Source: an uncultured Candidatus Saccharibacteria bacterium (lineage in GTDB: Bacteria; Patescibacteriota; JABMPQ01; JAQVVF01). Taken from it: a stretch of 64,000 bases of DNA. The notes beneath the pieces were generated by a model. The model was not told where the DNA came from, did no database searches, and was given only the letters and a program-made list of their open reading frames with translations. The translations under genes were made by a program, and so were the position numbers. The stretch spans positions 329,852-393,851 of the forward strand of contig CAZNOH010000001.1 in assembly GCA_964574655.1 (NCBI GenBank), written 5' to 3'. Positions 28,480-37,105 of this stretch are shown here, piece by piece (the stretch's first letter is position 1; every line of letters starts with the position of its first letter).

Positions 28480-30273
28480 ATGTTAAGAACTCATACTTGC
28501 GGGCAATTGAGCCTGAAAGATAATAAAAATAAAGTTAAATTGGCTGGATGGGTAAATTCCAGGCGCGATCATGGCGGGTTGATATTTTTGGATTTGCGGG
28601 ATCGATACGGAATTACGCAGGTTGTTTTTGATCCAAAAAATAAAGAAGCTTTTGATTTGGCAGATAAAGTAAGAGATGAATTTGTTGTTTTAGTTAATGG
28701 TTTAGTTAGAGAAAGACCTGAAGAAATGATTAATAAAAAAATTAAAACTGGCGTGATAGAAATTTTAGCTGATAAAATTGAAGTTTTAAGTACTTCAAAG
28801 ACTCCGCCCTTTACTATTAATACTGAAAAAGAAGTCAACGAGGATTTAAGATTAAAGTATAGATTTTTGGATTTGCGACATGCAAGACTTCAGAATATTT
28901 TGAAAAAAAGAGATGAAATGATTACTTATATACGTGAATATTTTCACAAGAATGATTTTATTGAAGTTCAGACTCCAATTCTAGCAAATTCTTCTCCAGA
29001 AGGAGCAAGAGATTATTTAGTTCCATCAAGAGTTTATCCGGGAAAGTTTTTTGCTTTGCCTCAAGCTCCACAACAATTCAAACAATTATTGATGGTTGCA
29101 GGATTAGATAAATATTTTCAAATTGCGCCATGCTTTCGCGATGAAGATCCAAGAGCTGATCGTCATCCTGGCGATTTTTATCAAATTGACATGGAGATGA
29201 GCTTTGTTGATCAAGAAGATGTTTGGAAAATGATTGAACCTTTAATGATCGAACTAACTGAAAAATTTTCAGATAAAAAAATAATTACAAAGCCTTTTCC
29301 AAGATTTACTTACAAAGAAATAATGAGCAAATACGGATCTGACAAACCTGATTTGAGATTTGATTTTGAAATAAAAGATGTGTCTAAAATAGTTGAAAAA
29401 TCTGGTTTCAAAGTTTTTAGCGAGGTCTTAAATAATAAAGGCGTGGTTTACGCGTTGAAAATTACTGATGGCGCCAAGTTTTCAAGAAGCGAGATTGATA
29501 GTTTAACAGAGATTGCAAGAAGTAAAGGCGCAAAAGGTTTGGCTTATATTGTCTATGGAGCTTCGGAAATCGGAGATCAGAAATCGGAAACTTCTGGTTT
29601 AAAATCGCCGATCCTGAAATTTTTGTCGGACGATGAAGTTAAAGGAATTACTGATTTAACGAAAGCGAAATCTGGTGATATCGTATTTTTTGGTGCTGAT
29701 GTTTGGAAAACTGCTTGTATGTCTTTGGGAGCTGTTAGAGAAGAATGTGGCAGGAAATTAAATTCAAAAGATCCAAAAAAAGCTGCTTGGCTTTGGATTT
29801 GTGATTATCCAATGTATGACATGTCAGAGCTTGAGCATGGTAAGATTGATTTTTCCCACAATCCTTTTTCAATGCCACAAAGAGGCTTTGAAGCTTTAGA
29901 GAAAAAAGATCCATTAGAAATATTGGCTTATCAATATGATATTGTTTGCAATGGCTATGAAGTGAGCTCTGGAGCAATTAGAAATCATGATCCAAAAACA
30001 ATGTACAAAGCCTTTGAGATTGCTGGATATTCTAAAGAAGATGTTGATAAAAAATTCGGCCATATGATCAAAGCTTTTGAATTTGGCGCTCCTCCTCATG
30101 GTGGTTGTGCTCCTGGCTTAGATAGGTTAATGATGATTTTGTTAGAATGTCCAAGCATCCGTGATATTTATGCTTTTCCAAAAAATGGCAAAGCTCAAGA
30201 TGTAATGCTTGGCGCACCATCAACTGTTTCTGAAAAACAATTGAAAGAATTGCATCTGAAGATAGTTGATTAG
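28480..30273 (+). CDS. aspS: Aspartate--tRNA ligase (probably non-discriminating Asp/Asn)
   Basis: LRTHTCG, RRDHGG, PEGARDYLVPSR, ALPQAPQQFKQLLM, CFRDED.RADR, GAPPHGG. Confidence 0.96.
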   Translation: MLRTHTCGQLSLKDNKNKVKLAGWVNSRRDHGGLIFLDLRDRYGITQVVFDPKNKEAFDLADKVRDEFVVLVNGLVRERPEEMINKKIKTGVIEILADKIEVLSTSKTPPFTINTEKEVNEDLRLKYRFLDLRHARLQNILKKRDEMITYIREYFHKNDFIEVQTPILANSSPEGARDYLVPSRVYPGKFFALPQAPQQFKQLLMVAGLDKYFQIAPCFRDEDPRADRHPGDFYQIDMEMSFVDQEDVWKMIEPLMIELTEKFSDKKIITKPFPRFTYKEIMSKYGSDKPDLRFDFEIKDVSKIVEKSGFKVFSEVLNNKGVVYALKITDGAKFSRSEIDSLTEIARSKGAKGLAYIVYGASEIGDQKSETSGLKSPILKFLSDDEVKGITDLTKAKSGDIVFFGADVWKTACMSLGAVREECGRKLNSKDPKKAAWLWICDYPMYDMSELEHGKIDFSHNPFSMPQRGFEALEKKDPLEILAYQYDIVCNGYEVSSGAIRNHDPKTMYKAFEIAGYSKEDVDKKFGHMIKAFEFGAPPHGGCAPGLDRLMMILLECPSIRDIYAFPKNGKAQDVMLGAPSTVSEKQLKELHLKIVD

Positions 30274-30421
30274 TTAATTAGTTTATTAGTGATTAGGGTC
30301 GAGATTTCTACTCTGTCCATGGCAGAGGTAGTACAGATTGCATATAAAATTTAGTTTTTGACAATATCGAAACCCTTGCCATGGGCAAGGTAGAATACTT
30401 TAAAAAATTAAAATAAAAATT

Positions 30422-31783
30422 ATGTTGAAAAAAATTGTTTTTTCTTTGCTGGCTTTGGTTTTTTCTCTGCCTTATGTTGTTTCTGCAGATGGAGGTATAT
30501 TACCGCCACCGAATTATTATGTTAGAGAAGACAGTCAAAAAGCAGTAATTGTTTATGATCAAGGTGTTGAAACTTTGATTTTGTCAGTTGAATTTTCTGG
30601 TGATGCAAAACAATTTGGCTGGATAATTCCAACACCAGCTAGGCCAGAAGTCTCAAAATCTTCAGATGAATTATTTAAATCTCTGGAAGATTTGACTGGT
30701 AGTACAGTAGTCTATGATCAAACTTATGGTTTAGGTAGCGCGCCAGAAGCTATGAAAGAAAGTGTTACTGTTTTGGAAAGAAAGAAAATTGATATTTATG
30801 ATATTGCAGTTTTGGAATCAACTAGCAGTCAGGATCTTGCAAAATGGTTAAAAGATAATGGATTTCAATATCCAGAGAATGAAGCTTATATTTTTGATGA
30901 TTATATCAAAAATAGTTGGGTCTTTACGGCTGTAAAAGTCCAGGCAGAATTTTTAGATACTGTTGCTTCAAAAAGATTGAGTGAGGGTAGAGCAACACCT
31001 TTGCAATTGGTTTTTAAATCAGAAAATATTGTTTATCCTTTGAAAATTTCTGCTGTACAAGTCGAAAAAGCAAAACAGAAAAATACAAATGCTGTTTTTG
31101 ATGATGAAAGAGATTTGTATACAATTCAAGGCGAAACAGCTGTTTTAAAACAAGAATATTTATCAATATATTATCCGCCAACTGAACCACAGGTTGGAAT
31201 TACGCTTTATGTTTTAGCAGATCATAAAAAAACAGTGCCAGGATTTGCAACTGATTATGCTGGATTTGTAAAACCTGAACAAGTTGAAAAATGGGCAATT
31301 GTTTCTGGAAAGCCATGGATGGAAACTTCAAATAAGTATTTTTTGACTAAGCTGTATGACTCGATGACAACTTCTGAGATGACTGATGATTTGTATCTGC
31401 GAGATGCTGATGATAATAAAACGGTTGGGACTGGAATTGATCAAGGATGGAAAACAGTCACTAAAGAAATATTGTATTTCTTTTTGTATTTAATAATCTG
31501 GATTATTTCGCCAATTGGAATTATCTTTTTGATTGCAACGCTAGTTCAATTTTTAGCTAAATCAAATGTGGCGCATATTATTGCTTGGGTATTTCAGATT
31601 TTGATGTTTTTGGGAAATTTAGTTTTTGTGATTTTGTTTAATTTGGCTTCTTTAGATTCTGGTTCAACCTCAACGTTTAAAATGTCTTTAGGGTTGAATA
31701 TTGCGAGTTATTTGACGATATTGATAATGGTCATTGTTGTAATTTGTCAGGAAATGTATAAACGACGGAAATTAAAAAAATAG
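30422..31783 (+). CDS. DUF2330-like membrane-anchored protein
   Basis: Signal peptide, ADGG, QKAVI, FGWIIPTPARP, WLKDNGF, YPLKIS; C-terminal TMs. Confidence 0.7.
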   Translation: MLKKIVFSLLALVFSLPYVVSADGGILPPPNYYVREDSQKAVIVYDQGVETLILSVEFSGDAKQFGWIIPTPARPEVSKSSDELFKSLEDLTGSTVVYDQTYGLGSAPEAMKESVTVLERKKIDIYDIAVLESTSSQDLAKWLKDNGFQYPENEAYIFDDYIKNSWVFTAVKVQAEFLDTVASKRLSEGRATPLQLVFKSENIVYPLKISAVQVEKAKQKNTNAVFDDERDLYTIQGETAVLKQEYLSIYYPPTEPQVGITLYVLADHKKTVPGFATDYAGFVKPEQVEKWAIVSGKPWMETSNKYFLTKLYDSMTTSEMTDDLYLRDADDNKTVGTGIDQGWKTVTKEILYFFLYLIIWIISPIGIIFLIATLVQFLAKSNVAHIIAWVFQILMFLGNLVFVILFNLASLDSGSTSTFKMSLGLNIASYLTILIMVIVVICQEMYKRRKLKK

Positions 31784-31800
31784 ATATTACTGACATTACG

Positions 31801-31868
31801 ACCCAACTTTTCACCCTGCGGGTGATCAACCGAAGGTTGAAGTTGGGGTTCGGCAAACTTTAGTTTGC
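31801..31868. repeat. TACCC double-hairpin repeat with nested 30-bp two-hairpin insert
   Basis: acccaacttt[tcaccctgcgggtga tcaaccgaaggttga]agttggggttcggcaaactttagtttgc. Confidence 0.78.
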
Positions 31869-31915
31869 AGGGTTAGGGAATTTGTAGATGAATATTAATA
31901 ATTAGTTTTAAAATC

Positions 31916-32359
31916 ATGAAAGAAGGAGAGCCAAAAGGATTTGAAGATGACCAGCAATCTGCAAATGATGGACAAGAGCCAAAAGAAGGAACAACTGGCA
32001 ATGAACAAAAAATAGAAACTGAAGAAACAGGCAAAATGGAGCAATGGGAAATTGATTCTTTTTTAGAAAAATCTATCGAAGCTTACAGGGAACAGGTCAG
32101 ATCTTGCGAGGAACATGTTATAAAAGCTGATTTAGATATTGCAGAGGCTGAGAAACTTAGAGATGGTGTAAAAAATAATCCAAAGCTTTTAGAATATGCT
32201 GATCGTGTTGTGAAAGATTGGAAGGAGTTGCGACGAAATTTTATTGATGATAAAAATAGAGCTTTATTTATGATCGAACAATATCAAGAGGCTTTGGACG
32301 AACGTCAAAAACTGTATGAGCAAATCGCTGAAAAAACTAATCAAGGATCGGATAATTAA
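31916..32359 (+). CDS. Acidic helical hypothetical protein
   Basis: 147-aa ORF filling the gap; low-complexity acidic N-terminus. Confidence 0.65.
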   Translation: MKEGEPKGFEDDQQSANDGQEPKEGTTGNEQKIETEETGKMEQWEIDSFLEKSIEAYREQVRSCEEHVIKADLDIAEAEKLRDGVKNNPKLLEYADRVVKDWKELRRNFIDDKNRALFMIEQYQEALDERQKLYEQIAEKTNQGSDN

Positions 32360-32365
32360 TTTTTT

Positions 32366-32851
32366 ATGTTAAAGAAATTAGAAAATTTTTTAAAGAATAA
32401 AAAAGCGAAATTTAAAACAATAAATCATCGCAAAGTTTATACTGCTTGGGATAGTGCAGCAACACAACATATAAATATTAAAACTGTTGCAAAAACTTTA
32501 TTAGTCAAGGCAGATAATGATTATTATTTTGTTGTTTTGTCAGCAAATAAAAAGTTAGATATTAATAAATTAAAGAAAGTTATTAATAAAGAAAGAAAAA
32601 AAGAAGATTTGAAAGCTATTAAAAGAATATCTTTGTGTTCTGAAACTGTTGTTAAGAAAAAGATTGTTGGAAAAGAAGGAGCTTTGTCAGTATTTGGCAG
32701 TTTTTATGGATATAAAACTTTTGTAGATTCTTTATTATTAAAGCAAAAGAAAATTAATTTGAATGCTGGAAGTTTTACTGAATCATTGGAAATGACGCCA
32801 GCGAATTATAAAAAAATAGAAGAGCCGATTATTGGAAGTCTTGGAAAATAA
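32366..32851 (+). CDS. YbaK/prolyl-tRNA editing family protein
   Basis: H..VYTAWDSA, VAKTLLVK, NAGSFTES. Confidence 0.8.
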   Translation: MLKKLENFLKNKKAKFKTINHRKVYTAWDSAATQHINIKTVAKTLLVKADNDYYFVVLSANKKLDINKLKKVINKERKKEDLKAIKRISLCSETVVKKKIVGKEGALSVFGSFYGYKTFVDSLLLKQKKINLNAGSFTESLEMTPANYKKIEEPIIGSLGK

Positions 32852-32892
32852 TAATCGCGAATTTACACAAATTTACCACCAATACTACACAA

Positions 32893-33564
32893 ATGCGAGA
32901 ACAAGCACCAATTCATGATATGAGCATAGAAACTGGAATAGAATCCAAGCCTGGTTTGGAATTGGCGAAAGGCGAGGGATTTGATGCTGTTGTTGATATA
33001 GCTAATTATTTGGCTGGAAAAATTGAAAGAGATGAACCAATAAAAGTTGAACAGGTGATGAATTTGGACGAAGCTTTGGGTAAAATTAAAATTGATGTCG
33101 GTGGTGATCAAATGACATTGGCGGAAGCAAGGCGAATTCCTGATTTGGGGAGCAATCTGGAAATTTATAAAATGTTTGAAAGGCAAGATAGGAGGGGTTT
33201 AGGACTATTCAAATCTGATTATGAACAAATGACATATTTGCCTATAAAAATTGCAAGAATTTTAATTCGAAGGTCAGCCGGATCAGTCGAATATTTGTAT
33301 TTAGGCAATATAAAAGTAATATCTGATGAAGTCGCGCAAGAGATAAGCAATTTTAGAGGAACAGTGCTATTGAATGGATTGGAGACATTGACTGACATCC
33401 AAGCTGATCATTTGGCTAATATATATGGTGTTCTTACGTTGTATGGTTTGAAAAATATTTCTGATGCTGGTTTAGGATCTTTATTGTGGTCAAATGCGAG
33501 TTTGGATGTAAGGTTTTCGAAAGATATTCAAAAAAAGTTTGGATTATTTAGTAGAACAAAATGA
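32893..33564 (+). CDS. Hypothetical protein, paralog of 678..1334, LRR-like C-terminus
   Basis: PGLELAKGEG..LAGKIERDE..LDEALGK..VGGD.MT..IPDL; LGNIKVISD, LNGLETLTD, LYGLKNISD. Confidence 0.8.
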   Translation: MREQAPIHDMSIETGIESKPGLELAKGEGFDAVVDIANYLAGKIERDEPIKVEQVMNLDEALGKIKIDVGGDQMTLAEARRIPDLGSNLEIYKMFERQDRRGLGLFKSDYEQMTYLPIKIARILIRRSAGSVEYLYLGNIKVISDEVAQEISNFRGTVLLNGLETLTDIQADHLANIYGVLTLYGLKNISDAGLGSLLWSNASLDVRFSKDIQKKFGLFSRTK

Positions 33565-34280
33565 TAGTTTATAAAGTTAAATTAGAAAAATTTGAAGGAC
33601 CTTTGGATTTACTTTTAGATTTGATTGAAAAAGAAAAAATGGATATTACCCATGTTTCTCTTTCAAAAGTAACAGATGATTATCTAAAGTATCTAGAAAG
33701 TTCAGAGGGAATTAATCCAAGCATCTTGGCTGATTTTTTGCATGTGGCTGCTCAATTAATTTTAATAAAGTCAAGAAATCTTTTGCCAGAAATTAATTTA
33801 GGAACAGATGAGGAAGTGTCAGCAGCTGAATTGCAAGCTAGATTGATGCAATACAAAAAATATAAAGATTTGTCATTAAAGATTCAAGAATTATATGGCA
33901 AGAACATTTCTTTTGAGCAAAAATTTAGTATGCAAAAAATTGATGCTTTTTATCCTGGCAAGACTTTGGATTTTAAAAATATGAATTTAGCTTTGGTTGA
34001 TTTGTTAGGCAGATTTGAAAAGCTAGTTGTTTTGGAAAAGAAAATAATTAAAAAGGCTGTTTCGATTAAAGAAAAAATTGTTTATATAAAAAGTTTGATT
34101 TTAAAACAGGCAAAATTTAAATTTCATGATTTGATAAAAAATAAAAAATCAAAAACTGAAACAATTGTTTCTTTTTTAGCATTATTAGAATTAGCAAAAC
34201 AGCATTTTTTGTTTGTACAGCAAGACAAAATTTTTGGCGATATTTCAATAAATAATTCTTCGGATTCTACCCGGCTTTAG
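33561..34280 (+). CDS. scpA: Segregation and condensation protein A
   Basis: FEGPLDLLLDLI, AAQLILIKSR.LLP, IVSFLALLEL..Q...FGDI. Confidence 0.95.
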   Translation: MIVYKVKLEKFEGPLDLLLDLIEKEKMDITHVSLSKVTDDYLKYLESSEGINPSILADFLHVAAQLILIKSRNLLPEINLGTDEEVSAAELQARLMQYKKYKDLSLKIQELYGKNISFEQKFSMQKIDAFYPGKTLDFKNMNLALVDLLGRFEKLVVLEKKIIKKAVSIKEKIVYIKSLILKQAKFKFHDLIKNKKSKTETIVSFLALLELAKQHFLFVQQDKIFGDISINNSSDSTRL

Positions 34281-34307
34281 CCGAGGGGTCGGAAAGCTTT
34301 AGCTTTC
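34268..34307. repeat. TACCC double-hairpin repeat supplying the scpA stop codon
   Basis: tacccggctttagccgaggggtcggaaagctttagctttc. Confidence 0.72.
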
Positions 34308-34370
34308 GTCACTTGTGAACTGAAGTTCACCGACCCTTTGGCTAAAGCCAAGTAGAAATAAAAAAATATT

Positions 34371-34931
34371 ATGTTAAATATGAATAGTGCGCTAGAATCA
34401 TTAATATTTGCATCAGGAAAACCAATCGAAATAAAAAAGCTTGGAAAGATTTGTAATCTAGATTGCAAAAAAGTTCAGGATTCTCTTGTAAAATTAAATG
34501 ATGAATACGAAAAAAATGATCGAGGCATTAGACTAGTTTTAAAGTCAGACGTTGTGCAAATGGTTACAGCTCCCAAGAATTCAGAGATTGTAAAAAGTCT
34601 TTCAACAAGCGAATTAGCTGAAGATCTATCAACTGTGTCATTGGAAAGTTTGACGATTATTGCCTATAAGGGTCCAATTACTCGCGCTGAGCTTGAGGCA
34701 ATCAGAGGAGTTAATTGTTTATATGTTTTGAGAACTTTGTTGATAAGAGGTTTGATTGAGAAAAAACAACATCCAAAAGATTCGAGATTAGGAATCTATG
34801 AAGTAACAACAAAATTTTTACGGCATTTAGGATTAAAAAATATTTCTGATTTGCCAAATTATGAAGATTTGAAGAAAAAAATAAATGCGCCAGCAATTGA
34901 AAAGAAAGATGAGCAAAAAATATCGGTTTAA
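34371..34931 (+). CDS. scpB: Segregation and condensation protein B
   Basis: LESLIFASG.P, LESLTIIAYKGPITRAELEAIRGV, FLRHLGL....DLP. Confidence 0.95.
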   Translation: MLNMNSALESLIFASGKPIEIKKLGKICNLDCKKVQDSLVKLNDEYEKNDRGIRLVLKSDVVQMVTAPKNSEIVKSLSTSELAEDLSTVSLESLTIIAYKGPITRAELEAIRGVNCLYVLRTLLIRGLIEKKQHPKDSRLGIYEVTTKFLRHLGLKNISDLPNYEDLKKKINAPAIEKKDEQKISV

Positions 34932-35016
34932 TAGTCTTGACTGGTTATTGATTTTGGCAACTAAAAAAGGTAAACTTTAAGATAAAAGAAATTATTAAAA
35001 TTTAAAAATAATATTT

Positions 35017-35595
35017 ATGGGAAAGTATTTCAGACCGTCATGGGATGATTATTACATGGCGATTGCAAAGATTATTGGGACAAGAGGGACTTGCGACAGA
35101 TTGAGGGCTGGAGCAGTATTGGTGAAAAACAAAAGGATTATTTCAACTGGATATAATGGCGCGCCTCCAGAATTAGGACACTGCGATGATATTGGTCATT
35201 TGATGGAAGAAGGTCATTGCGTTAGAACAATTCATGGCGAGCATAATGCTATTTTGCAAGCCGCTGTTTTGGGCAGTACTTCAACTGTTGGATCAATATT
35301 ATATACTCTTTATAATCCTTGTATTCATTGCGCAAAATATGTTGTGATGGCTGGTATAAAAAGAATAGTAATTGGACAAATTTATCGTGGAGAAAAAGCA
35401 TTAGATTATTTGAAAAAAGCTGGATTAGAAGTCGAATTATACAAACCAAGCGCTGAATGGGATAGAAATTTATTAAAACTTTTTTCTGCTGATATCGAAA
35501 AAGTTGAGGCAAAGGAAGGAAATGTGAAATTAAGCGAAGATAAGATTGATGATTTGAATATTGTACAGCCTAATCAAACAGTCAGGCCGTTATAA
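35017..35595 (+). CDS. dCMP deaminase family protein
   Basis: RPSWDDYYM, TGYNGAP, IHGEHNAI, PCIHC. Confidence 0.9.
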   Translation: MGKYFRPSWDDYYMAIAKIIGTRGTCDRLRAGAVLVKNKRIISTGYNGAPPELGHCDDIGHLMEEGHCVRTIHGEHNAILQAAVLGSTSTVGSILYTLYNPCIHCAKYVVMAGIKRIVIGQIYRGEKALDYLKKAGLEVELYKPSAEWDRNLLKLFSADIEKVEAKEGNVKLSEDKIDDLNIVQPNQTVRPL

Positions 35596-35600
35596 TTTTG

Positions 35601-35677
35601 TGTCATCCCGAACCGCTGTGAGGGATCCCGTTATCGAGTAAATAATCACGGGATTCTTCGCTTCGCTCAGAATGACA
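35601..35677. repeat. TGTCA..TGACA structured repeat
   Basis: tgtcatcccg..gagggatcccg..cgggattcttcgcttcgctcagaatgaca. Confidence 0.78.
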
Positions 35678-35722
35678 AAATAGATATTATGGATATTCGG
35701 AAATTAAATTATTTATTAATTT

Positions 35723-36295
35723 ATGAAAAAAAACAAAGTGATTGCTGTTGTTGGAATGCCAGGAGCGGGCAAAACTGAAGCAGCAATGTATTTATTAAAA
35801 AAGGGATTAAACAGAGTTTACTTTGGTGATTGTTGTTTTGATGAGATCAAAAAAAGAAAATTAAAAACTAATGCAAAAATTGAAAAAGAGATCAGAGAAG
35901 AATTAAGGAAAAAACATGGGATGGGTGCTTTCGCGATCCTTTCAATGCCAAAAGTAAAAGATGCTTTTAAAAAAGGGGATGTGGTAATTGAAAGTATGTA
36001 TTCTTGGGATGAATACAAGATTGTTAAAGATAAATATAAGAATGATTTTAAAGTTATTGCTGTTTGCGCCAATACTGAGCTTAGACACAAGAGATTAACA
36101 GGCAGAAAAGAATTGAAACATGGTGTTGCTCGAAAATTTTCTTTGAAAGATGCATCTGAAAGAGACTTTGTTCAGATTGAAAATATTGCAACTGGCGGAC
36201 CGATTGCAATTGCTGATTATATTATTTTGAACGAAGGATCAAAGAAGGCTTTGTTTGAAAATTTGGATAAAGTATTGAAAAAAGAAAAAGTTTGA
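35723..36295 (+). CDS. P-loop kinase, dephospho-CoA kinase-like/AAA family
   Basis: VVGMPGAGKT, RKKHGMGAFA, ERD..QIE....GGPIAIADY.ILN. Confidence 0.75.
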   Translation: MKKNKVIAVVGMPGAGKTEAAMYLLKKGLNRVYFGDCCFDEIKKRKLKTNAKIEKEIREELRKKHGMGAFAILSMPKVKDAFKKGDVVIESMYSWDEYKIVKDKYKNDFKVIAVCANTELRHKRLTGRKELKHGVARKFSLKDASERDFVQIENIATGGPIAIADYIILNEGSKKALFENLDKVLKKEKV

Positions 36296-36374
36296 TGTCA
36301 TTCTGAGGCCGTAGCCGAAGAATCTCGTGATTTTTGTTTAACGACGGGATCCGTAGCTTTGGCTCAGGATGACA
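36296..36374. repeat. TGTCA..TGACA structured repeat
   Basis: tgtcattctgaggccgtagccgaagaatctcgt..acgggatcc..ggctcaggatgaca. Confidence 0.78.
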
Positions 36375-36437
36375 GTTTTAAATCCTGCTTAAAATAAAAA
36401 TTTGGCAGGATTTTTTGTAAATAAAAAAACGGATTAA

Positions 36438-37004
36438 TTAAGAAATCCGTTTTGACATTCGTTCTGTCCAGCATTCAAAACAAAGAGCAACGTAATTATA
36501 ACCAACAGTGAATCTTTCAGTACTTTGATCAAGACGAAAACTGCGAGTGGCATCCTTTCCACAGTCAACGCAGATAGCAGTTAGTTTTGTAATCTTGACT
36601 TCAGGAATAGGCATAAGTAGTTCAACAAGTTTGAATGTTTTGCCTTGAAAGTCAGTATCAAGAGTGGTAATGTAGCAAATTTTTTTTTTCTGGTAAAGAG
36701 CTAGGACGACTTCAACTAGTTCAGGGGCGTTTTCATCTCCATAAAATTGAGCCTCTTCAATTCCATAGACTTGTACGTTTTGAGTTAGAGGAATGATTTC
36801 CCGTGGGCATTGAGTGGTAACAGGATTTTCCCAACGAATTCCACATCTTGATTCTACGTCTTCGGTTCTTGTTTCAAGAGCTGGACGGAAGACTTCAACT
36901 CTTTTTTGAGCATATTGATGTCTTCTGAGTTTACGGATAAATTCGAGAGTTTTTTCAGAACAAACTGGACCAGTAATGAGATGTATCTGGGGCTCGCGAT
37001 CCAT
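36438..37004 (-). CDS. tdk: Thymidine kinase (divergent), SD-led
   Basis: ITGPVCSEKT, SRCG, IEEAQF, LDTDFQG..F, KLTAIC..CG..A.RS.R, Y.ALC..C; AAGGAGGAGG SD; terminator 36421-36453. Confidence 0.82.
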   Translation of the reverse strand: MDREPQIHLITGPVCSEKTLEFIRKLRRHQYAQKRVEVFRPALETRTEDVESRCGIRWENPVTTQCPREIIPLTQNVQVYGIEEAQFYGDENAPELVEVVLALYQKKKICYITTLDTDFQGKTFKLVELLMPIPEVKITKLTAICVDCGKDATRSFRLDQSTERFTVGYNYVALCFECWTERMSKRIS

Positions 37005-37105
37005 TTGTTTCCTCCTCCTTGTTGGTGGTTTTTTGTTTTTAGGGTTGCACTACTTTAAAGAATTATATAAGATTAATATGTTTTAGAGAATGCTAACTTA
37101 TACAC

